NCBI RefSeq assembly: GCF_009914755.1
Contig: NC_060946.1
Direction: 5' to 3' (one strand)
Origin: the human T2T-CHM13v2.0 reference genome, Homo sapiens
Length of the DNA stretch: 64,000 bases
The position numbers and the translations under genes are program-made. A model generated the notes under the pieces. The model ran no database searches. It was not told the DNA's origin and worked only from the letters and a program-made list of their open reading frames with translations. Below are positions 44,745 through 64,000 of the stretch, piece by piece (the stretch's first letter is position 1; the number at the start of each line of letters is the position of its first letter).

Positions 44745-45527
44745 ACTGCTCTCCAGACCCCCGAATGGTAGAGCCACCAGCAGCATGCAACCTCAGCGTG
44801 GAAAAGCCACAGGGGCAGAGCTGCCCAAGGCTTTGGGAACCCCTCCCTTTATATCAGTGTACCCAGAATGTGGGACATGGAGTCAAGGATTGTTTTGGAG
44901 CTTTAAGATTTAATGACTGCCCTGCTGGGTTTCAGACTTGCATGGGGCCTGTAGCCCCTTTCTTTTGGCAAATTTCTCCCTTTTGGAATGTGAATGTTAA
45001 CTCAATGCCTGTATCCCCATTGTATCTTGGAAGTAAATAACTTGTCTTTGATTTTACAGGCTCATAGGTGGAAGGAACTTATCTCCAGATGAGACTTTGG
45101 ACCTTTGAATTAATGCTGCAATGAGTTAAGACTTTGGGGGACTACTGAGAAGAAATAATTGTATTTTGAAATGTAAGAAGGACATGAGACTTGAGGGACT
45201 AGCGGCAGAATGATATGACTCTGATATTTGTCCCACCCAAATCTCATGTTGAAATGCAATCCCCAGTGTTGGAGGCAGGGCCTGATGGGAGATATTTGAG
45301 TCATGGGGGCAGATCCCTCATGGATTGGTGCTGTCCACATGGTAGTGAGTGAGTTCTTCCAATATCTAGTTGTTTAAAAGTGTGTGGCACTGCCCCCCTT
45401 CTTTCTCTTGCTCCTGCTCTCACCCTGTGACATGCCTGCACCTGCTTCACCTTCTATCATGTATAAAAGCTCCTTGATGGCACCATCCTTGTACAGGCTT
45501 GCAAAACCATGAACCAATTAAACCTCA
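44745..45527 (+). mobile_element. MST-int 3' fragment plus truncated MSTA-like LTR (from 45211)
   Basis: Internal segment homologous to the neighbouring THE1-int 3' end; LTR tgatatg...cccacccaaatctcatgttgaaatgcaatcccc. Confidence 0.8.
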
Positions 45528-45585
45528 TAAATTAAAAAAAATTTTATATATATATATATATCTCCACTCACTGAATCCTATGTAG

Positions 45586-49663
<4,078 letters not shown>

Positions 49664-51154
49664 AGAACACATACATTTTTAATAGTTTAAAGAAAGGACT
49701 GTTTGATACTATATTACAATGCAAAAAGAAAAGAAAGAAAATAAGAATATCAAATTCTACAGACCTGAACCCCATGGTTGTGCCTACTACTAACCAGAAT
49801 AAAAGAAATAAGCAATCTGAAAAACTGCTTTAGCAACTGTTCGATTCAGAATAGTTCTGTAATTAAGTTCCATATTTACAGAATTATTAAGGGCTTAAAG
49901 AGATCACTTAAAATTTACACATATATCTATACACATACACACACACACACTTTACCAAATATTTTTATTGGGTAAATTATATAGTGCTATTTGTTAATTT
50001 AGGGGATTTCAAAAGTTTCAGGATACATCCTTTAAAACACCAATATTAAACTATACTATAGAATAAAATCCTTCCATCAAGGCCATGAGGCAGGGAGTGA
50101 GGAAGAACACACAAAACAAGAGGGGCAGAATGTTGATAATGTTGAAGCTGGTTATTAGGTATTTAGAAATTCATTATGCTATTATCTCTACATTTGTATA
50201 TGTTTGATAACATTCTCCTAGTATTTTTTAAAAAATAAGATTCTTCCACAGAATGATGGGAAGACTCAGTGAGACACAGCAAGGTTTCCTTAACCTTGAG
50301 ATTAGAAAATAGACCAGAAGTCATATACAAGCACTGACAAAAGACTAATTTGGCATAAAATATACACATTGGATTTATTTCTCTAACAAACACACTACTC
50401 TCTATTCATTTTGAAAGAGCCCACAGGATAAAATCTCGTAAACTATGATAATCTAGAGACAAGACCCAAAAATGTTGAGGTATAGCCATCATAATTAAGT
50501 CCCCTTTACCAATTCCTGAATACTCCTGTAATTGTATTTACTGTAAAACCTGAATCACTTTTTAGAGTTGTAATTTATAACTCTACTGAGTCTAAGTTCA
50601 TACTTTCTTTTTTTATCAAAGGATCAGTAACTCCAGTTTCTGGGCTGCTGATTCACATATGATCAACAGCAGCCAGAACAAAAACAGCATGGGGGCAGGG
50701 TCATCTCCCACAACCCATCTGTTTCCCTCTTTTGCTGGCCTGATTATGCATCTTTTCTCCACCCTACCCGCTTTAGGGCTGCATGCCTTCTGCCTGTACA
50801 GAACAACATACGTACCTAGAAACAACAGCATGAAATGTGTTAGAAGAATGGAAGAACGTAGACAGCTACTGACAACTCTAAAACATGAGCACTAGCACAA
50901 TTCTTTATCATGACCCATGACAAAAAGGTGGTTCTATGCGACCAAATGGTATGGTTCTTCTGAAAATTTTTTTTAAACAATTGGTAAAAAAACTGTTTTC
51001 AATCAATTAATGAACTTTCTTTTAGCTGGACATATTTTTACTTTAATTCTCATTGATTTATTTTCAATGCAGTAAACCTAATCTTGAAAACTCTTACTGT
51101 CTCAGCAGGTATGTAGGGGTGGTGGGGGTGGATGTGGGTGGGTATGGGTATCTC

Positions 51155-51193
51155 TGTGTGTGTGTGTGTCTGTGTGTGTGTGTGTGTGTGTGT
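51155..51193 (+). repeat. Interrupted (TG)n microsatellite
   Basis: Direct reading. Confidence 0.95.
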
Positions 51194-51691
51194 AAAATCT
51201 GGTATGAAGGAATTCAAATCAACTGAACAAGTGTTTCCTGATAGCTTACTATATATGTACTAGGTACTGCCCTACGTCCTACTGTAGAAGATGAGGAAAA
51301 CAGCCAGGCATGGTGATGCATGCCTGTAGTCCCAGCTACTCGGGAGGCTGAGGTAGGAGGACTGCTTGAATCTGGGAGATAGAGGTTGCAGTGAGTCAAG
51401 ACTGTGCCACTGTACTACAGCCTGGATGATGGAGTGAAACTATGTCTAAAAAAAAAAAAAAAAAAGTTACTGTATAGAAGATGAGGAAAACATCAAGTCT
51501 TGGCTAATTAACTGCCCTTGCCTCTGTCTCTACCACACCCATTATCTTCAGACACCTTAAAAACTACCAGGCTTTAGAGATGGCAAATAATAGGGCTTCC
51601 TATTCCTTCTTCATCTTGGAAATCATCTAAAAACGAGGAGTACAAGCAACAGAAAAATATAACAAAACAATGGAAAGCACATGGAAGAGTA

Positions 51692-52460
51692 ATGTGGCAG
51701 ATTAAAGATGGTTGCAAATTACCTGACACTTCCTTCCCATTAATGGTGGGGTTTATTTCCTTTGACCTTGAATCTGAGCTGGCCTCTGCCTTGACCAATC
51801 GAGAACAGTGAAAGTGATGGTATGCCAGTTCAGGGTCTAGACTTTAAGAGGACTGGCAGCTTCTACTTTGGTCTCTTGGAGCCCTGTGCCCCCATGTAAG
51901 AAGTCCAACTACCCTGATGGACAGATCCTAAAAAGAGGTCTCATCAGGTGGATCACGAGGTCAGGAGCTCGAGACCATCCTAGCTAACAAGGTAAAACCT
52001 CAACTCTACAAAAAATACAAAAAAATTAGCCGGACGTGGTGGTGGGCACCTGTAGTCCCAGCTACTCAGGAGGCTGAGGCCGGAGAACGGCGTGAACCCG
52101 GGAGGCGGAGCTTCCAGTGAGCCGAGATCGTGCCACTGCACTCCAGCCTGGGCGATAGAGCGAGACTCCATCTCAAAAAAAAAAAAAAAAAGAGGTCTCA
52201 TGACTACACAGAAGGGCAGAGGAATCCAGCTGAGTCCAGCTTTCCAGACATCCCCACACCAAGGTGCCAGGCATATGAACAAAGCCATCCTGGACACCCC
52301 AGACAAGCCTAGTCACCTGCTGAATAACACTAAGAGATGACACTTAACACTGTATGGATCCAGGTTAATACCATATGGAGCAGGCAGAATAATCCCTAAG
52401 CTAAGCCCTGTCCAAAATCCTCACCCACAAAATTGTGATATGTAATAAATGGCATCAGAC
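51692..52460 (+). mobile_element. MLT1H-like LTR containing a 5'-truncated AluY (51945-52191)
   Basis: tgtggcagattaaagatgg...ccttgaatctg...aggactggcagcttc; Alu TSD aaaaagaggtctcat on both sides. Confidence 0.75.
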
Positions 52461-52471
52461 TTCTCAACAGC

Positions 52472-52740
52472 AGAAAAGAAAGAAAGAAAAGAAAAGAAGG
52501 GGAAAGAAAAACGGAAGGGAAGGGGAAGGGAAGGGGAAAGGGAAGGGAAAGGGAAGGAGGGGAAGGGGTAAGGGGGGAGGGAGAGGAAGGGGGAAAGGGG
52601 GGGAGGAGGGAAGGCAGAAAGGAGGGAAAGGGGGAAGAGGGAAGGGGGAAAGAGGGGAAGAGGGAAGGAGGGGAAGGGGGAAGGGGGAAGGGGGGAAGGG
52701 GGAAGGGAGGGAGGGGGGAATGGAGGGAGGGAGGGAAACA
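52472..52740 (+). repeat. GA-rich polypurine tract
   Basis: ~270 nt almost exclusively G/A (ggaagggg-type units). Confidence 0.95.
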
Positions 52741-55547
52741 TGGGGGTGAATAACAGAAAAAACTTAAGAATCTTAAGTGGTCATCTCAAAGTAGTAAGAT
52801 GCAGGGTAGACTTCTAGGTATCTATAGAGTTCTCAACGAATTGGGTAGCCAAGGTGATAAATACCCTTTGGTAACAGCCAATGGTGACAAATAGCCAATG
52901 GCAAAAAATAATTTATGACCAGTCCATAAATTACTTGGCCTTTGCTCACTTCACCTCCTCTTGATGGTTCTACAGGGAATCAGTCATCCAAATATTTCCT
53001 CTTCCCCCAACAAAAAGGATAACAGTAACAATATAACACTGCCTCTTCAATTACAACAGTACCGGCCCCTTCACTACTGGCTTCATTTCTCACCATTCCC
53101 CTTTATTCACACTCTAATCACTGGTACCAGTTATGCGGCTCTTTACTGTGACTGCCTAGAATTGCCTCTTCTTCCCCATCCTACTTCCTTCTCTTTATTA
53201 TCCATCCCCTTCGAATGGGCTAGGCTTCCACAACATCCCAAGATTGCTTTTATCACTGCTTACTTTTACTATTATCATGGATTGATCTCCCAGTAGATGG
53301 TAAATTCACTGAAAGGAACTCCATTCTACTGGTTTTTTTGTCTCAAGTACCCAGATACAATACTTGAAATTTAAAAAGAACTTAATAAATATTTGTTAAT
53401 TTACTACGTATATTAACCTTACAGCAAACACATCATATATACAAAGTCAGCACAGATACAGAAAAAAAAAAAAAAAAAGGAAAGAGGGTTCTGTCCCAGG
53501 TATAAATACACAGAAGATCAGAAAAAGCTTCTAGAGAGGGCCAGGTGTAGTAGCTCACACCCATAATCCCAGCACTTTGGGAAGCCAAGCGGGGAGGATC
53601 CCTTGAGCCCAGGAGTTCAAGACCAATCTGGTCAACAAATATTGACTACCCACTACATGCCAGGTGCTGTCTGGGTATTGAGGATTACAGTAAATAAAAC
53701 AAAGTTCTTGCCCTCAGGAAGCTGGAGACATAACTTAAATGAACAAAGTCATAGATGTGAGAAAATGTGAACTATGTTCTAAAAGGGCAATACAGTTTAG
53801 CCAATCACATGGTTCAAGTACAAGCAAATTAATATGGCAGTGGAGTTAGACTGGATTGGAAAAAAGAAATATGCGGTTGTGGGGGGAGGTTACAAAGCTA
53901 CTTCATTAGGCAAAGTATAATGTGTTGATATCCTGAATTGGGGTAGTTAAATGCAAAGAAGGGAACGACCATACAATGTACCTGGCACAGAACAGGAACT
54001 CAAATCTTTGTCGCGTTAATAATGAATGAAGACAGGATTTATATAAGATAGAATGTGTTTCTGTTTGATTGTTGGGGATGGAGGAGAGACAGATGTCAAA
54101 AATTACTAAAGGTTTTAAGCCAGGGCAGTCATTACAACAGTATTCTGCTAATAGAAATAGGGAAAAGAGGAGGAATTTTATCTGTGGAGATAATAAATTT
54201 GATTTTGCATGTTGGGTCGAGGGACCAAAGAAAAATAATGGAAATGTCATTTGGGTTTCCATTAGGTACACGAGAAGGAAAACATGGGAATGAAGACAAT
54301 GAGAAACAACAAAGATTACAAGAATAGGAAGAGAATAACAGAAGAAAAGTAGGAAGAGTTTGAGAAAGAGGAAAGAGGCTGAGTTACAGATATAAGGAAA
54401 TAATAATATTGCTTTCAAACCTGACTCAGTTGATAATTCATAAATTCCTAGTCTCAGATCACCTACTCTGGATCTTGGACCATCCCTCACCATCCTTCTG
54501 ATTCCTAAAATTGTCAAATACCGCTGAGTATCTAATTGCATATCAGCACTTTCTGCTTACACTATTTTAGAAGAAGCTCAATAATGCTGTAACTTTATTT
54601 TATTATTATTTTTATTATTATTATTTTGGAGACGGAGCCTTGCACCGTCGCCCAGGCTGGAGTGCAGTGGCGTGATCTTGGCTCACTGCAACCTCCGTCT
54701 CCCGGGTTCAAGCTTTCTCCTGCCTCAGCCTCCCGAATAGGTGAGACTACAGGCACACGCCGCCATTCCCGGCTCATTTTTTGTATTTTAGTAGACACGG
54801 GATTTCACCATGTTGCCAGGCTGGTCTCAAACTCCCGAGCTCAGGCAATCCGCCCACCTCGGCTTCCCAAAGTGCTAGGATTACAGGCATGAGCCACCCT
54901 GCCTGGCCAAAGTTCTAACTTTATAATGCTGAGGGGCAATCAGCTGTCCTCAGATTTAAAGACACAAGTAAGCTCATGAGCTTATGTATAGGGACGTGAA
55001 CTCACCAGCTAGAAGAAACAGAAATTTTAAAAAAGAAAACAGAAAAAAAGTAAAATATGTATTTTATACCATGGCTCAACCCCTTTTTATTGACTACTTC
55101 TCTATACCATTCCCAACAAGCCCCTACCATGTGTGTTAGGTATACATGTGAACATCTTCCCTTAACTAAACAACATAAATTGCCTTTCAGTCTTATGGAA
55201 CTCATGAAGACCTCCTGGGGTAGGCTGGGTGCAGTGGTGCATGCCTGCAATCCCAGGACTTTGGGAGGCCAAGGCGGGAGGACCACTTGAGATCAGGAGT
55301 TCAAGACCAGCCTGGCCAATACAGTGAAACTCCGTCTCTACTAAAAATACAAAAATTAGCTGGGCACGGTTGTGCACACCTGTACTCTCAGTTACTCCGG
55401 GGGCTGAGGTGAGAAGATCACTTGGGCCCAGGAGGTAGAGACTGCAGTGAGCCAAGATCGCACCACTGCATTCCAGCCTGGGCAACAGAGCGAGACTCGA
55501 TCCCCACTTCAAAAAAAAACAAAAGACCTTCTGGGGTAGACCTGACT

Positions 55548-56180
55548 TTCATTAATTCACTCAACAAATGCATAGTGATGAGGCACTGTTTTAGGCACTG
55601 GGAGTACAACAGACAGAAAATATCTTCGCTTTCTTGGGCCTACATTATAGTGGGAGAGACATAAAAATGAAAATAAATATACAATAAAAAGTTTTTGGAT
55701 AACTATAAGCATTATGTGCCTGGGGGCCAGGTGGCTAATTTAGATTAAATGACCAAAAGAGGTCTCATTGAGGAAGTGATATCCGAAAGAGACTTGTATA
55801 GCCAACCCTTATTATAAATGAGGCACTGTATGTGTATGCATTCAATCTTCACAACACTAAGACGTATATTTACCTAAATTATCCATAATTTTTTACAGTT
55901 GAGGAAACTGAGACACTGAGAGGTTAAATACTTGATCCTGGCCAGTGAAGCTTCAGACCTCATGCCTCTATGGCTCTGTCTGAACTTGACAAGAAACAGC
56001 CAGCCATGCAGAGGGAACAGCATATGCAAGTTAAAAAGCCATGAGGCAGGAATGAGCTTGGTATCTTGAAGGAACTAAATGAATGGCATGGCCCGAGAGG
56101 AATGGACATAAGTATATTACATAAACAACTGGATGCCACTGGGAGGTTTTACACAATGGAGTGATATGATCTGATTTATC
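55548..56180 (-). mobile_element. L2 fragment with nested MIR (~55820-55945)
   Basis: ttcattaattcactcaacaaat...gaggcactgttttaggcactggg; tacagttgaggaaactgagac. Confidence 0.6.
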
Positions 56181-59100
56181 ATTTTTTTTTTTTTTTTGAG
56201 ACAGAGTCTCACTCTGTCGCCCAGGCTGGAGTGCAGTGGCGTGATCTCGGCTTACTGCAGCCTCCACCTCTTGGGTTCAAGCAATTCTCTGCCTCGGCCT
56301 CCTGAATAGCTGGGATTGCAGGTGCCCACCGCCACACCTGGCTAATTTTTTTGCATTTTTAGTAGAGACGGGCTTTCACCATCTTGGCCAGACTGGTACT
56401 GAACTCCTGACCTCGTGATCCACCCGCCTCAGCCTCCCAAAGTGCTGGGATTACAGGCGTGAGCCACCACGCCTGGCTGATTTATCTTTTTAAATAATCA
56501 TTTTGAGGGCTGGGCATGGTGGCTCATGCCTGTAATCCAAGCACTTTGGGAGGCCCAAGGCTGATGGATCACTTGAGGCCAGGAGTTTGAGACCAGCCTG
56601 GCCAACATGTTGAAACCTCATCTCTAGTAAAAATACAAACAATTAGCGGAGCATGGTGGCGAGTGCCTGCAATCCCAGCTACTAGGGATGCTGAAGCAGG
56701 AGAATCACTTGAACCCGCGAGGCGGAGGTTGCAGTGAGCCGACATCACACCACTGCACCCTCGCTTGGGCAACAGAGCAAGACTCCGTCTCAAAAAATAA
56801 ATAAAAATAAATAAATAATCATTTTGGCAGGTGTGTAGAGAAAGAATGACAAGGGAGCTGTTCACCTTAGCGTGCCACCTGACTCTGAGTTTGGTATAAT
56901 TTACTATTCTGCCTGGCCCCTAATGAAAATGTAATAATGTTGTTTTGACCTGTGTCTTAATATATCACTGAGTTTGGTGATGTGACCTTGAGTAAGTCGC
57001 TCTGAATAAACATTTGTTATTATTATCTGTCCTATCATGAAGGGTCTTATAAGAAGGTACTCTGAAAAGTAGAGACATTAACTACAAGGTAATATTTTCT
57101 TGCAAACATTTAACAGAAATTTGACAATTTGCCTTAAACTCCTCCCCCACCTCCAAAAAGGCTGCTTGAAAATTAAAGCACTATTTTGACAAGATGACTT
57201 CATTACATTCCTTGAACTTTATTCATGCCCACAAACACTACAGGTATGCTTTCCTTATGATTCTCAATCCTTTTTCTATGGTGTTCAAATGTGTTCCAAT
57301 TTTTAAAGGTGGAATTCTATTTGTCTTCTAGAGTTCTTCTCTAAGAGACTGAGTGACGGATATTTAGAAGTCCACACGCTACGTATAAGAGACCTGAATA
57401 AATTTAAATATGATCATCTGCACATATTTTGTGTATTCACCTACAAAATTATGTAATCTGTTATGAGACAATTTTCAAGTTAGGAATTCTTCAGTCGATT
57501 CTACTCTTACATCAAAACTCCATGCAGCAATCAGCCTAGACAACCTGAAATGTTGCCAGGCCACGGAAAACCTGCCACAGTAAGAAAATCTACCACACAG
57601 AAAATCTACAATAATAATTCTGTTCAGGTATGAATAATATAAAAAAAACTATTTTTGAAAATATTAACTTTGGAATGAAAAACTTGTTGAGACAAACCTC
57701 ACCTAGCATAAAGACAGGCAGTAGTTTGGGGGGAAAGGAAGACATTTATAGTATTGTGCTTTGTTTTCACATGACAATGGGGCATTTGAAGAACAGCCCT
57801 ATTTTCCAGTGCCAGAAGCCTCATATCCTTAGGTTTCTCAATGACATCCTCTCCGGATAGATCAAGAATATGCTCCTACTTTATAAAATGAACCATGAAT
57901 ATTTTCCTAAATTCTTGAGCAAATATTTTTAAAATACTGGAAATAAAATATCTTGCCATAAAAAAACAACCTGTCATAATTTTGTAAGAGTATCCAAACA
58001 CAGCAACACACACTCAGAGGAAAGTGTATATTCAAGGTTGAAATGTGTCTATGGGTCAAGAGGTCAAGCCTAAAGCTTCTAAGCACCTACCAGAGCCACA
58101 ATGAGGAACTCTCAGGACAATGCACACACTGATGACAGCACTGTAGCACCAGTGAAAACACTCAGGCCATCAACAGCATGTTCATGAATTATTCTTCCAA
58201 TTACACTTTAATTATAAAAACTAGCTTATTAATTAAACTAATCTACTCTGGTAAGATCAGTTACCACACAAAAGCAATGGCTCTTCAAGTTACCTTCATG
58301 GAATACAGTACAGAGTTTGTGTTAAAAATGCATTTTCACTTAGTTGTGGTTATTAAAGACTTTGATCAAGGCAGAACCTCTGGAAATACAACGAATCTTG
58401 ACAATTTAAATAAAAACAGCTCCTTAGTCATGGCTCATTATTCTTCCTTTCAAAGCCTCTTGCTTCAAACAGTATTACTCTTAGCCAATTAATATTCTGT
58501 AAAAGGTGCTGAGAATTTTTGATCAAATAAAATGCAACAGATATTTTAATACCATTTTAAGCCCAGCACAATTATATATTTAAAGCTTTAAAACAATGAG
58601 GGAACACATAGTACAGGCAAACACATCCATTTTCCAAACAAAGTAAATAATACAACTAAAGTGTTCTCTACATCACTACAGGAGTTCACACATTACAACT
58701 ACATCTAAGTGCAATTACTGTAAATTATAAAGTGCTAAGACACACAGCAGCACTAGTCAGCAGTCAGTGCTGTACATTTTGAAAGCATCTAATGTAGGCA
58801 GCAAGCATGATGTGGATAGCAAAAAAAGAAAAGGTAAATGCACACCAGCATGAAAATCTTCAAATACCTTATGGGTAGCCTATTTAAAATAGAAAGGTTC
58901 TAAATTAATCAAGGAGAAAGGAAGAATACTAGTGATCCATATTAAAAGAGAAGAACCACCTGAATGTAATAACTCAGATGTCGCATATAACATGAAAAAA
59001 ATAATACAATAGGAAGAGAATTATGAGCCTTTTTATATACCAGACTATCAATAAGAAGCAGAAAATAAGGTGGGTGCAATGGTACACACCAGTAGTCCCA

Positions 59101-59400
59101 CCAGGGACACTGAGGCAGAAGGATCATGTGAGCTCAGGAGTTTGAGGCTGCAGTGAGCTATGATCATGCCACTACTCTCCAGCCTGAGACCCTGTCTCTG
59201 AAAAAAGAAGACAGCAGAGAGTAGCCATTGAGCTGAGAACTGCACCATGGCAAAAGACATCAAGACCAAAATCAAGAACTACAGGACTGCCCCTTTTGAC
59301 AGGCGCTTCCCCAACCAGAACCAGACCAGGAATGGCTGGCAGAAATACCTGGACCTCCACCACTTCAAGAAGGCAATGACTGCTAAAGGAGGTAATGTAT

Positions 59401-59731
59401 GGCCGGGTGCAGTGGCTCACGCCTGTAATCCCAGTACTTTGGGAGGCCAAAGCTGGTGGATTACTTAAGGTCAGGAGTTCGAGACCAACCTGGCCAACAT
59501 GATGAAACCCTGTCTCTACTAAAAATACAAAAATTAGTTGGGCACGATGGCAGCTGCCTGTAATCTCAGCTACTCAGGAGGCTGAAGCACTTGAAACTGA
59601 GAGATGGAGTTTGCCGTAAGCCGAGATTGCACCACTGCAGTCCAGCCTGGGTGACAGGGCAAGACTCCATAATTAATACATACATACATACATACATACA
59701 TACATACATACATACATACATACATACATAC
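59401..59731 (+). mobile_element. AluS inside the COX6B1 pseudogene, with (TACA)n tail
   Basis: Starts GGCCGGGTGCAGTGG; degenerate TSD aaggaggtaatgtat / aagggggtgatgtct. Confidence 0.9.
59677..59731 (+). repeat. (TACA)n microsatellite from the Alu tail
   Basis: Direct reading. Confidence 0.95.
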
Positions 59732-60034
59732 ATCAAGGGGGTGATGTCTCTGTTTGTGAATGGTACCAGCATGTGTACAAGTCTCTCTGCCCTATACCCT
59801 GGGCCTCAGCCTGGGATGACCATGGGCAGAAGGCACATTTCTTGGGAAGATCTGAACTGGCTCCACCCCACCTCTGTCCTTCTCCCAGGATGGTAAAGAA
59901 GAACCTGGGTATATGGTGATCCCTACCCTGGGACCCTGAATCATGTCTTAATAATAAAAATTCACTGGAAAAGTGAGAGAGGCGGGGAAGAAAACTGCAG
60001 CAGCAGGGAGTAAAAGAACCTCACTTAGATCATT

Positions 60035-60850
<816 letters not shown>

Positions 60851-60981
60851 ATAAAGAACATGGAGCCAGGAGTGGTGGCTCACACCTGTAATCCTAGCAT
60901 TTTGGGAGGCCGATGTGAGTGGATTGCTTAAGCCCAGGAGTTTGAAACCAGCCTGGGCAACATAGTGAATCCCTGTCTCTA

Positions 60982-61018
<37 letters not shown>

Positions 61019-61179
61019 AGCTGGGCATGGTGGTGTGCGCCTGTAGTCCCAGCTACTCAGGAGGTTGAGGCAGGAGGATCACCTGAGCCCAGGAAGGTCA
61101 AGGTTGCAGTAAGCCTTGATTGTGCCACTGCATAGTATGGGCGACAGGAGTGAGACCCTCTCTCAAAAAAAATAAAATA

Positions 61180-63570
<2,391 letters not shown>

Positions 63571-63890
63571 GAACGAGAGCCAGGCACAGAATCCCATACC
63601 TGTAATTCCAGAACTTTGGGAGGCCAAGGCAGGAGAATCATTTGAGCCCAGGAATTCAAGACCAGACTGGGTAACATAGAGAGGCCCTGTGTCTTTAAAA
63701 AAAAAAAAGATATTCAGTAGAAGATTCAGATTTAATAAATATTTTCGCTGGGTGTGATGGCTCATGCCTGTAATCCCAGAACTTTGGGAGGCTGAGGCAG
63801 GTGGATCACTTGAAGCCAGGAGTTTGAGACCTATTTAAAAATAATAATATTTTTACTACTGCATCAAGGATATTTTTATTTTTTTTATAG

Positions 63891-63998
<108 letters not shown>

Positions 63999-64000
63999 GA

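Larger units (their letters stand above)
51302..59206. repeat. Alus: 51302-51465+, 53539-53637+, 54594-54908-, 55223-55520+, 56182-56477-, 56507-56818+, 59069-59206+
   Basis: Alu motifs; TSDs aagacct(c/t)ctggggtag, tgatttatc, aaataatcattttg. Confidence 0.88.
59225..59972 (+). pseudogene. COX6B1P3: COX6B1 processed pseudogene (probably COX6B1P3), interrupted by an Alu
   Basis: ATG 59247 [49 protein letters not shown], then Alu 59401-59731, then [28 protein letters not shown], a 1-nt deletion, and AEGTFLGKI* (TGA 59853-59855). Intronless; AATAAA at 59953; two conserved Cys lost. The P3 number is from memory of its chr22 location. Confidence 0.9.

Noticed and set aside
53906-54541. 211-aa hydrophobic ORF on minus
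   Set aside because: Reverse of purine-rich L2-like sequence; no recognisable domain or exon structure.
59247-59468. 73-aa COX6B1-Alu chimeric ORF as a functional retrogene
   Set aside because: Both N-terminal Cys lost, Alu truncation, downstream frameshift, no evident promoter.

Overview
Human, Alu-saturated intronic DNA that I recognise as part of MRTFA (MKL1/MAL, chr22q13), transcribed on the minus strand. The window holds one internal exon (42064-42325) carrying the non-AUG (GTG) start of the long isoform. It also holds the short alternative first coding exon of the MKL1_S/BSAC-type isoform (MTLLEPEMLMMAVQS, 22176-22221), which the ORF track misses. About 2.4 kb upstream of that exon is a 3.9-kb SVA_F1 (MAST2-SVA) insertion with 20-bp TSDs; it carries an extra 5'-transduced old Alu and a VNTR with an internal duplication at 1133-bp offset. 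Also present: a full-length THE1 LTR element ending 43 bp from the exon acceptor, MSTA/THE1B/MER21/MLT1 LTRs, MER30/MER5, L1/L2/MIR/CR1 fragments, roughly 65-70 Alu pieces, and an Alu-interrupted COX6B1 processed pseudogene with ancestral-looking residues. I see no evidence for a wholly new genetic system. The best leads are the composite SVA beside the alternative promoter, a TEAD/AP-1/CArG-like motif cluster there, an out-of-frame ATG-rich ORF under the GTG start, two non-repeat inverted duplications, and candidate poison/recursive splice sites. Gene and repeat names come from recalled sequence, not a database search; repeat boundaries are approximate.
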